Positions 62,876 to 64,000 of a stretch of DNA of 64,000 nt are shown here, one piece after another. Position 1 is the first letter of the stretch. The number at the start of each line of letters is the position of its first letter. The translations under genes were made by a program, and so were the position numbers. The DNA comes from Amphiscolops sp. MND2022 (Eukaryota). Below the pieces are notes generated by a model. It saw only the letters and a list, made by a program, of their open reading frames with translations, was not told where the DNA came from and did not search any database. Where the stretch lies: NCBI GenBank assembly GCA_964187785.1, contig OZ076413.1:47988001-48052000 (forward strand), in the 5' to 3' direction.

Positions 62876-63610
62876 CCGGTGACCCGCTGGAGTATCCTAC
62901 AACACTCGGAAAATCTGGAAGATTCTCAAAAATTCTAGAACAATCCAGCAGTCGGATGAGTCGAAATATCGAAAATCAAATGGCAGAAAAATGACATTGT
63001 TTCACGTTACAGATTTTGCACTGATGTGTACTCGCAAAAACAGAGCAGTTGGGCAAGAACTCTCTTTTGGAATTAGATCCTACCGGTGACGCGCTGGTCT
63101 ATCCCAAAACACTCCGAAGTTCTTCAACATTCTAAAAAAGTCTAAAACATTCCAGAAGTCGGATGACTCGAATGTCGAAAGTCAAATAGCAGAAAAATGA
63201 CATTGTTTCAAGTTACAGATTCTGCACTGATGTGTACTCGCAATAACAGAGCATTTGGACAAGCACTAACGTTTGGAGTTAGATCCTACCGGTGACGCGC
63301 TGGTCTACCCCAAAACACTCTAAAATTCCGGAACGTTCTCAAAAGTTCTAGAACATTCTAGAAGTCAGATGAGTCGAAATATTGAAAATCAAATTGTAGA
63401 AAAATGACCTTGTTTCAAGTAACAGATTTTGCACTGATGTGTTCTCGCAATAACAATGCGTTTAAGCAAGGAGAACTCTCCTTTGGAGTTAAATCTTACC
63501 GGTGACGCGCTGGATTATCCTACAACACTCGCAAACTCTGGAAGAATCTCAAAAAAAAACATTCTAGAAAAAGTCGAAATGTCGAAAGTCACAGTGCAGA
63601 AAAATTAAAT
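62876..63610. repeat. Continuation of the ~210-bp satellite (about 3.5 monomers)
   Basis: Starts CCGGTGACCCGCTGGAGTATCCTACAACACTCGG, in register with the monomer cut at 31361. Confidence 0.95.
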
Positions 63611-64000
63611 AGTTTCATATTCAAATGGCTTTTCGCAAACGCTCTGGATCTCAAATTGTTGAGCAGAGCGACAGACGGAGAACCGTCAAAGATGATGTCA
63701 AATCGGACATCATGTGCAAAAAGTGTTCAACATTCCGTTCCCTCTACTCCTCGTACAAGGCACTCTTCAATCGATGCAACGTATAGTCAACGAGGGTGGT
63801 TATCTCAACCATCCCAAAAACATCTTGATGGGCCTGCCGACCACATTGAAGTAGAACTTCAGAGCCGAACGGTTGGTAAACTATAAATCGCCTCCCCGTC
63901 AACTCGACTGTCACTCACCACACGCAACAGTGAGGGACTAACTCCAAGAACAGCGATAGGGAGCTTCTCACCCTTCAGGCAACACACAAAACGACACGAA

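Overview
AT-rich animal genomic DNA, mostly repeats (an acoel or other marine invertebrate is my guess, not shown by the sequence). One intact host gene: an Hsp110/HSPA4-family chaperone with an uninterrupted CDS (15143-17683, minus). Positions 1-15 kb hold decayed TE fragments (LINE RT, LTR/gag-like and Tc1-like remnants, MITE-like repeats) and a 616-bp spacerless palindrome. A ~210-bp satellite runs ~19.6-31.4 kb and resumes at 62.9 kb. It is interrupted by one 31.5-kb Ty3/Gypsy LTR retrotransposon (31362-62875): TG...CA LTRs, PBS-like and PPT-like sites, and a 5-bp CCGGT target-site duplication whose removal restores an intact satellite monomer. After the decayed gag and pol, the element carries ~24 kb of mostly antisense, partly intron-containing cargo: a three-zinc-finger + KDM2/7-type JmjC demethylase gene, a SET8-like methyltransferase gene, a probable OTU-like remnant, a RAG1/Transib-like DDE gene and unknown ORFs. 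Arrays of the palindrome AGTGGAWTCCACT are interspersed, and I see the motif only inside the element. Hypothesis (inference): a giant retroelement family with its own sequence-targeted chromatin-modifying, anti-silencing toolkit. This copy is pseudogenised.
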